A stretch of DNA of 22,139 bases from contig JASGFT010000077.1 of NCBI GenBank assembly GCA_047605425.1, positions 1 to 22,139 on the forward strand. The letters are read 5' to 3'. A model generated the notes under the pieces. It saw nothing but the letters and a program-made list of their open reading frames with translations. It had not been told where the DNA came from and did no database searches. The position numbers and the translations under genes are program-made. The DNA comes from Burkholderiaceae bacterium (GTDB taxonomy: Bacteria > Pseudomonadota > Gammaproteobacteria > Burkholderiales > Burkholderiaceae_E). Shown piece after piece: positions 14,358-22,084 of the stretch (its first letter is position 1; each line of letters begins with the position of its first letter).

Positions 14358-15485
14358 ATGTGCCGCATGGACCTGTTCGTTGCGCTCGACATCGCGCTCG
14401 GCTTGATCGTTGTATATCTGACCTTCTCGCTTGCGGTTACCGCATGCAACGAAGGAATCGCCGCCGTCCTCAGCAGTCGGGCAAATTGGCTAAAAAAGGG
14501 CATTGAGAAGCTGCTGACCCCAACAGACGCAGCCGGCTCGAACGCTTCGAAGAAGGACGACAAAGATGTCGACAAGTTCTACGAGAGCCCGTTCATCGCT
14601 CATCTAGGACAGGGCGGTCTTTGGCAGGGCAGCAAGCCCAGCTACATCCCCGCCTGGACGATCGTGCAAGGGATGCTCGGTTCGGTCAGCAGCGAGAAGT
14701 GTCAGACCTTCGACAAAGCCAAGGATATCGAGAAGGCTATTGCCGGACTACCGGAGTCATCGCCGATCAAGGTCGCATTGAACGACCTGATGACGCAGGC
14801 CGGTAGTGATGTCGCCAAGTTCCGTTCGTTGGTCGAAGAATGGTTCAAGACCTTCGACGCTCAGGTGATTGCGTGGTACCGGCAGAAGACGCAGTACGTA
14901 GTCCTGGGTCTGTCGCTGTTTGTCGTCGGCGTTATGAATGTCGATACCGTCGCGATCGTTCGTCAATTGTCGAGCGATCCGCAGGCACGGAATGAAATGG
15001 TCAAGGAAGCCATCCAGCTCGCCAAGCGGGACGCTCCAGACAAGCTTCTCGACACCACTGCGCGCGACGACGCGAAGAGCGCGTTCGACAAAGCGAAGAA
15101 GCACATCGACGATACCAGGAAAGCACTGGCCGAGGCCAAGCAGGACGACGAGAAGACCAAGGCTGGGACCGCGCTCACCGAAGCAGAGTCAGCGGCCGCG
15201 AAGGCCGAAGCGAGCTGGCGAGACGAGCAACGCAAGCTCGAAGAGGCTGCGGTCGATCGTGTAGAGAGGCTGAAGGCGGCCGGCCTGAAGCTCGGTTGGA
15301 CGCAAGAAGACCTTTCGCGGACAAACTGGTACGCTGTGCCAGCCAAGCTTGTCGGCCTGCTCATGTCCGCGCTTGCCGTTTCACTCGGCGCGCCATTCTG
15401 GTTCGATACCCTGAAGAGTCTCGCTGCGATTCGCTCTGTCGGGCTGAACTTCGCCGAGCGCGAAGCCAAGACCCCGAACAAGTAG
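14358..15485 (+). CDS. Hypothetical integral membrane protein (375 aa) with no recognisable family. It has three TM helices (~res 4-28, ~180-202, ~328-352) separated by a ~150-aa soluble region and a ~125-aa K/E/A/D-rich coiled-coil region. Local GC is clearly lower than the surroundings.
   Basis: A long ORF sits in a low-GC patch (roughly mid-50s % against ~68%; A/T-ending codons such as AAA, GAA and AAG are frequent). The hydrophobic helices read DLFVALDIALGLIVVYLTFSLAVTA, YVVLGLSLFVVGVMNVDTVAIV and VPAKLVGLLMSALAVSLGAPFWF. An alternative start ATG lies at 14367 (MDLF...). A GC-hairpin plus T-rich tract follows the stop. Confidence 0.6.
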   Translation: MCRMDLFVALDIALGLIVVYLTFSLAVTACNEGIAAVLSSRANWLKKGIEKLLTPTDAAGSNASKKDDKDVDKFYESPFIAHLGQGGLWQGSKPSYIPAWTIVQGMLGSVSSEKCQTFDKAKDIEKAIAGLPESSPIKVALNDLMTQAGSDVAKFRSLVEEWFKTFDAQVIAWYRQKTQYVVLGLSLFVVGVMNVDTVAIVRQLSSDPQARNEMVKEAIQLAKRDAPDKLLDTTARDDAKSAFDKAKKHIDDTRKALAEAKQDDEKTKAGTALTEAESAAAKAEASWRDEQRKLEEAAVDRVERLKAAGLKLGWTQEDLSRTNWYAVPAKLVGLLMSALAVSLGAPFWFDTLKSLAAIRSVGLNFAEREAKTPNK

Positions 15486-15505
15486 CCCGAAAGCCAGCCA
15501 CGCGC

Positions 15506-15545
15506 CGGCAGGCGCCACCTGCTTTCATGCGTTCGTCGTTTCTCG
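15506..15545 (+). terminator. Candidate intrinsic terminator after the membrane-protein gene: GCAGG-cgcca-CCTGC hairpin followed by tttcatgcgttcgtcgtttctcg.
   Basis: A perfect 5-bp stem with a T-rich downstream tract, 20 bp after the stop codon. Confidence 0.35.
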
Positions 15546-15614
15546 ATAAGCGCCAAGGTTCGCGAATTCCTCGTCGCTTACGCGCAGGGTGAAGACAGCC
15601 AGTAGACGGTTGCC

Positions 15615-15630
15615 TAGATTCCTTGACTGG
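15615..15630. repeat. 16-bp direct repeat TAGATTCCTTGACTGG. Copy 2 is TAAATTCCTTGACTGG at 22082-22097 (1 mismatch). Both copies are followed by AT-richer sequence.
   Basis: Exact 13-mer ATTCCTTGACTGG at 15618-15630 and 22085-22097. The second copy starts exactly where the GMC-oxidoreductase ORF terminates. Confidence 0.55.
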
Positions 15631-15698
15631 GTAATTATTGGGTAAGGTCGAGTCCGGTGGGGCTCGCGGCGGATAGAGCGTGGCAGCCGCATGCCCAC

Positions 15699-15871
15699 CG
15701 CACCGGTGCGTGACGAGGCGCATCCGTTGTAAGGACTGCTGCCCTTGTTGGCGGACCGAATTCGCAAGTACGAAGATCGGACGCATCCCTGGCCGGACAA
15801 CAGCACGTCGGCTACGGTGCTCGCGACACTGATGCAGTCCCACGGGCTGCGCCAGTTGGATTTGCCGGAGG
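15699..15871 (+). pseudogene. higA: Second, degraded partial copy of higA. It corresponds to 12919-13153 (~95% identity) but carries a 63-bp deletion flanked by 11-bp direct repeats, plus an in-frame TAA.
   Basis: Direct alignment of the two regions by eye. Copy 2 reads ...PVRDEAHPL*GLLPLLADRIRKYEDRTHPWPDNSTSATVLATLMQSHGLRQLDLPE, then diverges from copy 1. Confidence 0.6.
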
Positions 15872-15955
15872 CGAATGGATGCCTATGTCCGTGGCCGACC
15901 ACCCGGTGGCTCGCTGCGGACAGCGAAGGGACCGGCCGCCGGGGCGGCCCTTGCC

Positions 15956-17206
15956 CTACTTCTTCTGAACCAGCAGCGGACACTTGCTTTGCGCGGCAGG
16001 CAGGAACGCTTCTTCGCCGCTGAACGTCTTCACGACCTCCATCAGGTCATCCGGATTCTTCATGCTGGCCGGCGCCTTGATGACGCCGTAGTACATGTTC
16101 CGCATCAGGCGGCCATCGGCACGGATCTTAGCGCCCTGGGTGAAGAAATCCTCGACCGGAAGCTCGCGCATCTTGGCCAGCACCGCGCTGGTGTCGGTCG
16201 TGCCGGCCGCCTTGACCGCCTTCAGGTAGTGGAACACCTCGCTGTAGACGTCGGCCTGCTGGTCGGAGGGCAGCTTGCCGCCGGACGCCTTCTTGAAGCG
16301 CTCCTTCCAGGCCTCGGCTTGCGGCGATAAGCCCCAGTAGTAGCTGAACGCGACCGGCAGGCCCTGCGCGACCTCCATCCCCATCGCCGGCACGTCGATG
16401 GTTCCCAGCGAGAACGGCACGAACTTCTGTCCCATCTGGGCCAGGCCGAATTCCCGCACCTGCTTGGCGATGTTCAGGGTGTCGGTGCCGCCGCCGATGA
16501 AGCCGACGTTCTTGGCCTTGGACGACTGCGCGCTAAGAATGAAGGACGAAAAGTCCGCCGCGCCGGCCGGGAAGCGCACGCTGCCGAGGACCTTGCTGCC
16601 GCTGGCCTCGATGACCTTGCGCGCCTCCTGCTCGGTGCTGTGCCCGGCGGTGTAGTCCACGGTGATGAAGTACCAGGACGTGGGTTCGCCTTTACTCACC
16701 CCCTTGGAGACGATGGTGGCCAGCGAATAGCCGTCGGTGCCCCAACTGAAGCCGTTCGGCGAGCACTGCTCATCGGTGAAGAGCATGCTGTTGATCTCGG
16801 CCATCACGATCTTGTTCGTCGACTTGGCGATGTCCTGCACCACCAGGCCGACTCCGGAATGATAGAGATCGAAAATCGCCGTCACGCCCTCGTCATACCA
16901 GCGCCGCGCGATCGACGCGCCGACGTCGGGCTTGAACTGGTGGTCGGCCACCAGCACCTGCACGGGGCGCCCGAGCACGTTGCCGGCGTCCTCCACCGCC
17001 ATCTTCGCCGCGATCACGGAGCCGGCGCCGGTCGCGGCGGAATAGACACCCGATTGATCGTTCAGGACGCCGATCCTGATCTCGCTGCCGGGCGCCTGCG
17101 CCCCGGCCGAACCGATGCCGGCCAGGCCCAGCAGCAGCAGGGTCGCGCGATGCTTGATCGCGTGCCGGATCGAAGCCGGGCGCGAAGCCGAAGAAGCGTG
17201 CCGCAT
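15956..17206 (-). CDS. Periplasmic substrate-binding protein of the Leu/Ile/Val-binding (LivJ/LivK, type-1 PBP) family, 416 aa with signal peptide. It is an orphan: no adjacent permease or ATPase genes.
   Basis: The N-terminus MRHASSASRPASIRHAIKHRATLLLLGLAGIGSAGAQA is signal-peptide-like, followed by IRIGVLNDQSGVYSAATGAGSVIAAKMAVEDAG..., typical of the Liv-binding family. An AAGGAG SD lies 7 nt upstream. The first 90 codons of the track's 506-aa ORF are upstream read-through. Confidence 0.82.
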   Translation of the reverse strand: MRHASSASRPASIRHAIKHRATLLLLGLAGIGSAGAQAPGSEIRIGVLNDQSGVYSAATGAGSVIAAKMAVEDAGNVLGRPVQVLVADHQFKPDVGASIARRWYDEGVTAIFDLYHSGVGLVVQDIAKSTNKIVMAEINSMLFTDEQCSPNGFSWGTDGYSLATIVSKGVSKGEPTSWYFITVDYTAGHSTEQEARKVIEASGSKVLGSVRFPAGAADFSSFILSAQSSKAKNVGFIGGGTDTLNIAKQVREFGLAQMGQKFVPFSLGTIDVPAMGMEVAQGLPVAFSYYWGLSPQAEAWKERFKKASGGKLPSDQQADVYSEVFHYLKAVKAAGTTDTSAVLAKMRELPVEDFFTQGAKIRADGRLMRNMYYGVIKAPASMKNPDDLMEVVKTFSGEEAFLPAAQSKCPLLVQKK

Positions 17207-17380
17207 GTCGTTGTCTCCTTGTGGTCTGCTTGTCGGGGCTGCCGCCAGCGTACGGCGACTTGTGGCCATGTCATCTTTCATCGAGATGCTATCAGCAGCC
17301 GGTAGCACATCGGTGACCCCCTGTGCCAATATGACATGCGACACCTCCCGAAGATAAATCAGTGAGTAAGCGAGGCAAGC

Positions 17381-17971
17381 ATGAGAGTTCATCAAACGAA
17401 GCCGGTTTCGGAGAAGGTGCCCAACGATATGGCCGAATCCGGCGCATGGGAAGGAGCCCGTAGGGCGACTGGACATGCGCCGGAATCGGCGGCCGCGCCG
17501 CAGGCCGGTGGCCTGGGCAGCGAGGTCATCGCGGAGGTGACCAAGCGATCACGTCGACGGTTCACGAACACCGAAAAACGGCGGATCCTCGCGGCGGCCG
17601 ACCGCTGCACGCAGCCCGGGGAACTGGGTGCGTTGCTGCGCAAGGAAGGGGTGTACTCCTCGAGCCTGAGCACGTGGCGCCGCCAACGTGAGCAGGCCGA
17701 GCTCGACGCGCTGGCGCCAGCCAAGCGCGGTCCGAAGGTGCCGGCCAACCGCGCCGAGGTCCAGCAGATTGCCCGGCTCACTCAGGAGGTGGGGCGGCTG
17801 CAGAGCGAACTCGACAAGGCCCTGCTGGTCATCGGTGTCCAAAAAAACTGGCGACTTTGCTCGGTCGCTCGATCGACGACGAGACCGCGAGCTCGTGATG
17901 GCCGGCGTCGAAGAACTCGTCCCGGCGCTGGGCGTGCGCGCGGCCTGCCAGGCCTTGGGGGTGCCCCGTGA
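17381..17971 (+). CDS. IS3-family transposase OrfA (HTH + leucine zipper). The ORF as read continues into an Arg-rich, non-native-looking tail after the A7 run, so this copy is probably frame-disrupted.
   Basis: See the mobile_element entry. The sequence after ...LLVIGVQK (NWRLCSVARSTTRPRARDGRRRRTRPG...) does not look like protein. Confidence 0.6.
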   Translation: MRVHQTKPVSEKVPNDMAESGAWEGARRATGHAPESAAAPQAGGLGSEVIAEVTKRSRRRFTNTEKRRILAAADRCTQPGELGALLRKEGVYSSSLSTWRRQREQAELDALAPAKRGPKVPANRAEVQQIARLTQEVGRLQSELDKALLVIGVQKNWRLCSVARSTTRPRARDGRRRRTRPGAGRARGLPGLGGAP

Positions 17972-18944
17972 CGCGCGGGTGCGCGAGCGCCACCGCCAGT
18001 ATCGCCGCTGCCTGGTCGGCCCGCCCGCGCCCCGCCGGCCGCGACCCCGCCCGCCGCTGGCGCTCGATGATCGGGAGAATGCCCTGATCATCGACACCCT
18101 CAACAGCGATCGCTTCGTCGATGTCGCCCCGGCCGCCGCGCACGCCATGCTGCTCGACGAGGGCGTCTATCTCGGATCGCTTCGAACCATCCACCGGCGC
18201 TTGGCTGCCCTGGGCAGCGCCGGCGACCGGCGCGCTCAGCGCAAGCACCGCCCATACGCCAAGCCCGAACTGCTTGCTACCGCCCCCAACCAGGTCTGGT
18301 CGTGGGATATCACCAAGCTCAAGGGCCCGGCCAAGTGGACGTACTTCCACCTCTACGTGATCCTGGCCATCTTCAGCCGAAACGTCGTTGGCTGGATGAT
18401 CGCCGAGCGCGAATCCGCACCGCTTGCCGAGCAACTCATCGAGCAGACCGTCCTGCGCCACGGCATCGCCCGTGACACGCTCACCCTGCATGCCGACCGC
18501 GGCTCCAGCATGCGCAGCAAACCGGTGGCCGACCTGCTCATCGATCTGGGCGTGGCCAAGAGCCACAGCCTCCCTCACGTCAGCGACGACAACCCCTTCT
18601 CCGAGTCCCAGTTCAAGACGATGAAGTATCGCCCGGACTTCCCCGCGCGCTTCGGCTGCATCGAGGACGCTCGCGCCCATTGCCGTGCCTTCTTCGACTG
18701 GTATTGCTTCGAGCACCGTCACAGCGGCATCGGCTACATGACCCCGCACGCCATGCACTTCGGCCAGGCCGACGCTATCCATCAAACCCGCCAGGCCGCC
18801 CTCGATGCTGCCTTTGCCGCCAACCCTCAGCGATTCAAAGGCCGACAGCCCCCCCCCGAAACTACCCACCGCCGTCTGGATCAACCTGCCCGCCAACAAG
18901 GAAACCACCACCCAACCTACACCGAATTGGACAGTAAATCTTGA
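17898..18944 (+). CDS. IS3-family transposase OrfB (rve/DDE integrase core). The frame is open upstream to 17688, as expected for an OrfAB fusion, but it lies +1 relative to orfA, not -1.
   Basis: The frame relationship was computed from coordinates and confirmed by reading ...gtc caa aaa aac tgg (orfA) against ...tcc aaa aaa act ggc (orfB). 17898 is the first ATG after the slippery run. Confidence 0.7.
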   Translation: MAGVEELVPALGVRAACQALGVPRDARVRERHRQYRRCLVGPPAPRRPRPRPPLALDDRENALIIDTLNSDRFVDVAPAAAHAMLLDEGVYLGSLRTIHRRLAALGSAGDRRAQRKHRPYAKPELLATAPNQVWSWDITKLKGPAKWTYFHLYVILAIFSRNVVGWMIAERESAPLAEQLIEQTVLRHGIARDTLTLHADRGSSMRSKPVADLLIDLGVAKSHSLPHVSDDNPFSESQFKTMKYRPDFPARFGCIEDARAHCRAFFDWYCFEHRHSGIGYMTPHAMHFGQADAIHQTRQAALDAAFAANPQRFKGRQPPPETTHRRLDQPARQQGNHHPTYTELDSKS

Positions 18945-19299
18945 GCCACGGTGTCGCAAAGTCATTGACACGTTCCGCCGCTCGACGTTGGCACGATGCA
19001 TCGCTGCGGTGCCCGGGCCCGCCCGAAGATATTCGTGCGAGCGGCGATAGTTCGAGCAGTTCCGGATCGATTGCAAGATTGGTCGCCATATGTCGCCAAG
19101 GCATTGTGACGCGTGGTGCGCAGGGCCATGCAGCCGGCCACGAAGCGGGCGACGGCCAGCCAGTGTGCCGGGTCGATGCGGTCGAGGATTTGCTGCAGGA
19201 GCGGCTTTCGCCGGCCGTTACAGCATTCGCCAGCTCAGCAGCCCGCGCAGGCGAACCTGTGCGCAATAGCGTCCGAGAAGCCGCCAATTCATAGTCTCA

Positions 19300-19366
19300 T
19301 TGAGGCAGAACTGGTTGCACCTACCGTGGTTGGGGGATATATCGAACCGACTCGGTTGAGGCAGAA
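19300..19366. repeat. Two exact direct copies of the 11-mer TTGAGGCAGAA (19300-19310 and 19356-19366), 56 bp apart, in a low-GC patch 41 bp upstream of the LuxR-type gene. Candidate regulator-binding sites.
   Basis: Read directly: cTCatTGAGGCAGAAcT ... cTCggTTGAGGCAGAAtT. Confidence 0.5.
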
Positions 19367-19406
19367 TTCATCATCGACCGACGCCAGATATCGGAGGAAG
19401 GTGGTC

Positions 19407-19745
19407 ATGCTTGTCCTCATTATCGATGATCATTCGTCCGCGGTCATTCAAGCCATAAAGCTCGTCTTGTGCAACGGCACCTATTTGCCACGCAGTGCAT
19501 TCGCACGCGGCGCGACCCGGCCGCATGCCGGCACTTTGCCGTCATTCAGTGAACGGCAGTTCGCGGTACTCAAGGCGCTACTTCAGGGCAAACAGAACAA
19601 GCGCATCGCGCGTGACCTCAACATTGCCGAAGGGACAGTCAAAGCTCATTTGTGGGCGGTATACCAATCGCTTGGCGTACGTACCCGCGCTCAGGCGATG
19701 TATCGGGCCCATGAGCTCGGCCTGTTCGAGCTCACACGGCAATGA
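19407..19745 (+). CDS. LuxR/GerE-type HTH regulator (112 aa). Only a ~20-aa vestige of a receiver domain (MLVLIIDDHSSAVIQAIKLVL) remains, joined directly to the HTH. It looks like a NarL/FixJ-family response regulator with an internal deletion of the REC domain.
   Basis: The HTH ERQFAVLKALLQGKQNKRIARDLNIAEGTVKAHLWAVYQSLGVRTRAQAM has the LuxR_C_like signature. GGAGGAAGG SD precedes the ATG. Its stop overlaps the kinase start (ATGA). Confidence 0.72.
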   Translation: MLVLIIDDHSSAVIQAIKLVLCNGTYLPRSAFARGATRPHAGTLPSFSERQFAVLKALLQGKQNKRIARDLNIAEGTVKAHLWAVYQSLGVRTRAQAMYRAHELGLFELTRQ

Positions 19746-21547
19746 GTTCTCCGGCCGGACGTTCGCATGACGAACTCTCTGCCCGAGAATCCGCGGTAGG
19801 GGCGATTTCCTCCGAAGCGCAAGCCGGGGACAGCAGCCCCGATCGCACGATCGAGGACGAGCTACTGGATCTGATCGCGCGACAGGCTCGCCGGGTACCA
19901 CTACCCATAGTCCTGGCATCGCTTCTGATCGCCGTGCTCTCCTGGACGTCCAACCGGAGCCCGTGGCCCTGGATCTGGCTGGTTGCGGTGATCCTCATTC
20001 TAGCCGCCCGCTGGCGCATCCTTCCGCGGCTGGCCGCAGCCCATCAGATCCCGATGGATCGCCGCATGCTGCTGGCCAGCATCCTTTCCGCTATCAATGG
20101 AATCATTCAGGGCTCGTCCAGCTTGTTCGGTCTATCGATGGGCCCGAGCAGCCGCGCCGTACAGACGTTGACAGTACTAGGGATCTGCGTGGCGTCTGTC
20201 GCCACCACGGCCGGTTACCGCCCCATCGTAGCTTCTTTCCTGGTGCCAGCCGTCACCTTGCTCGCCCTGACCTGGGGGCTTGGGCCTGCCAGCCCGGATG
20301 AACGATGGGTAGTCGTCGCGACGGCCGTGCTCGTCGTGCTCTTTGGCGGTCTCATGCTCGCTCTGGCTCAGGATTTCTGGGCTTTGTTCCTCGACTCCTT
20401 CCTGATCCGGCAACAACAGACCGCACTCAACGCCAAGCTCAGTTCGGCTCTCCAGCAAGCTCAGTCCGCGAACCGCGCGCGTACCCGCTTCCTGGCATCC
20501 GCCAGTCACGACTTGCGGCAACCGCTGCACACGCTCTCGCTATTTCATGCTGCATTGTCGCTGCGCCTTCTAGACGCCGATTCCGCCATCTTGGTCAAGC
20601 ACATGGGGGCGGCGATCAAGGGTCTAGGCGCTCAGCTCGACACCTTGCTGGATATTTCCAAGCTCGACGCCGGCGTCGTGAGCGCCCGCCCGAGCATCGT
20701 GTCGCTCTCGGGCTTCGTCCGCCGGCTCGAAACGGAAATGCGCCCCATTGCCGAGCAGAAAGAACTGCAGTTGCGCGCCTCATGCCCTGCCGAGGCTTTC
20801 TGCCGAACCGATGAAATCTTGCTGGCCAGCCTGGCGCACAACCTGATCGACAACGCGATCAAGTACACCCGATCAGGCCTCGTGAGCATCTCGGTTTTCC
20901 CGGAAGAAGGCCACTGGGCCCTGTACATCCGGGATACCGGCAGCGGTATCCCGGTCGATGAGCAAGACCGGATATTCGAGGAGTTCTATCAGATCAACAA
21001 CCCGGAACGCGACCGGACTCGAGGGCTGGGTCTCGGGTTGTCGATCGTACGCAGGCTGGCACAGCTCCTCGATATTCCGATGGAAATGCAATCCACGGTC
21101 GGTCAAGGCACACGTTTTCGGCTCCTGTTGACGCGTGCCATCAGCCCTTTGAAAGTCGACGACGATGCTCGAGCCGAAGCGCTGCCTGTCGGCAGCCGGA
21201 TCCTAGTCCTGGACGACGAGGCCGCCGTTCGCCGGGGCATGCAAGCGCTACTGGAGGCTCATGGCTGTGTGGTCGAGTCCGCTGCCACAATTGATGAAGC
21301 ACTGGCGATCGCTTCGTCGTTCACGCCCGATGCGGTTGTCGCCGATCTCCGACTAAGGGGAGAGGAATCCGGAGTCGACGCGATTCTCAGTCTGCGCGAG
21401 AGTCATCCAGGCCTGCCTGCACTGCTGGTCAGTGGCGACACCTCACCCGCGAGATTGCGTATGGCGCATGGGGCGGGAATTCGTCTCCTGACGAAGCCGG
21501 TCGAAGCCGAGACTCTGTGCGATGCCATTGCGCAAGAGATCAAGTGA
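19742..21547 (+). CDS. Hybrid sensor histidine kinase (601 aa): ~6 TM N-terminal sensor region, HisKA (H-box SHDLRQPL), HATPase_c (N, G1, G2 boxes) and a C-terminal receiver domain.
   Basis: The motifs are ASASHDLRQPLHTL, NLIDNAIKYT, IRDTGSGIP and GLGLGLSIV. The receiver shows ILVLDDEAAVRRG...VVADLRL...LLVSGD...LLTKP. There is a 4-bp overlap with the upstream LuxR-type gene. Confidence 0.9.
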   Translation: MSSPAGRSHDELSARESAVGAISSEAQAGDSSPDRTIEDELLDLIARQARRVPLPIVLASLLIAVLSWTSNRSPWPWIWLVAVILILAARWRILPRLAAAHQIPMDRRMLLASILSAINGIIQGSSSLFGLSMGPSSRAVQTLTVLGICVASVATTAGYRPIVASFLVPAVTLLALTWGLGPASPDERWVVVATAVLVVLFGGLMLALAQDFWALFLDSFLIRQQQTALNAKLSSALQQAQSANRARTRFLASASHDLRQPLHTLSLFHAALSLRLLDADSAILVKHMGAAIKGLGAQLDTLLDISKLDAGVVSARPSIVSLSGFVRRLETEMRPIAEQKELQLRASCPAEAFCRTDEILLASLAHNLIDNAIKYTRSGLVSISVFPEEGHWALYIRDTGSGIPVDEQDRIFEEFYQINNPERDRTRGLGLGLSIVRRLAQLLDIPMEMQSTVGQGTRFRLLLTRAISPLKVDDDARAEALPVGSRILVLDDEAAVRRGMQALLEAHGCVVESAATIDEALAIASSFTPDAVVADLRLRGEESGVDAILSLRESHPGLPALLVSGDTSPARLRMAHGAGIRLLTKPVEAETLCDAIAQEIK

Positions 21548-21598
21548 GGGCCTGAGCATGGAGCAAGAGTTCACCCCAACGCCTCGCACATCGGCGAA

Positions 21599-22084
21599 TT
21601 GCCCCGGTTCGAATACCGCCTCGCCGACATTCCCACCGGTCGCGACGCGGTGGCTGGCAAAAGGCTTCGAATCACTGATCCCGATTGTGGATCGGACGAC
21701 GCCCACGCGAAGTTCGGCGTTCTCATCGTCGGCAGCGGCTATGGCGGCGCCGTTGCCGCCAGCGAACTGGCCGCGGTAGCGGCTCGAGGCAATCGGATCG
21801 CCGTGCTCGAACGCGGCCTCGAACGCCTGCCCGGATCGTTCCCATCCCGATTCTCGGATCTGCCGGGAGAGGTCCGTTTTGCCGGACCCGACGATAAGGA
21901 GGCCCATGGTCGGGCCACAGGGCTCTTCGATGTTCGATTGGGCCCCGACCTCGGCGTGGTCGTTGCCAATGGAGTGGGTGGAGGCTCCCTCATCAATGCC
22001 GGGGTCATGGAGATCCCGGATCGTTCGGTTTTCGAAGATCACCGCTGGCCCGACCTACATTCCGCAGTTCGGAAGACGCATTAA
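21599..22084 (+). pseudogene. 5' portion (161 codons) of a GMC-family FAD-dependent oxidoreductase (cholesterol-oxidase/choline-dehydrogenase-like). It is truncated by a stop exactly at the 16-bp repeat / low-GC junction.
   Basis: The Rossmann FAD motif VLIVGSGYGGAVAASELA, then IAVLERG, then VVVANGVGGGSLINAGVMEIPDRSVFED match cholesterol oxidase (GVGGGSLVNGGMAVEP..SYFEE). Family members are >500 aa. Downstream sequence switches to AT-richer DNA. Confidence 0.65.

Larger units (their letters stand above)
17322..18970 (+). mobile_element. IS3-family insertion sequence (~1.65 kb). It has imperfect ~22-bp terminal inverted repeats (left TGTGCCAATATGACATGCGACACC; right ...GGTGTCGCAAAGTCATTGACA) and two overlapping transposase ORFs.
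   Basis: orfA has an IS3-type HTH (RRRFTNTEKRRILAAADRCTQPGELGALLRKEGVYSSSLSTWRRQRE) plus a leucine zipper. orfB carries a DDE/rve core (NQVWSWDITKL...LHADRGSSMRS...NPFSESQFKTMKY) and the C-terminal HRHSGIGYMTP motif. The terminal IRs start with TG. An A7 run at 17841-17847 lies in the orfA/orfB overlap. Confidence 0.8.

Noticed and set aside
17829-19076. 415-aa minus-strand ORF, and the 17549-18148 minus ORF.
   Set aside because: They are antisense to the IS3 transposase orfB, which has a clear DDE/rve core.
18971-19290. Possible N-terminal fragment of a small antitoxin-like ORF (MATNLAIDPELLELS..., minus strand, from 19089) reading into the right IR of the IS element.
   Set aside because: Only ~12 residues look protein-like before low-complexity sequence. 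It may mark an IS insertion into a small gene, but this is too weak to annotate. It is mentioned under the IS finding only.
21443-22042. 199-aa minus-strand ORF, and the 21685-21897 and 21739-22008 ORFs.
   Set aside because: They are antisense or off-frame to the GMC-oxidoreductase fragment, which has a clear FAD-binding GxGxxG motif and family signature in its own frame.
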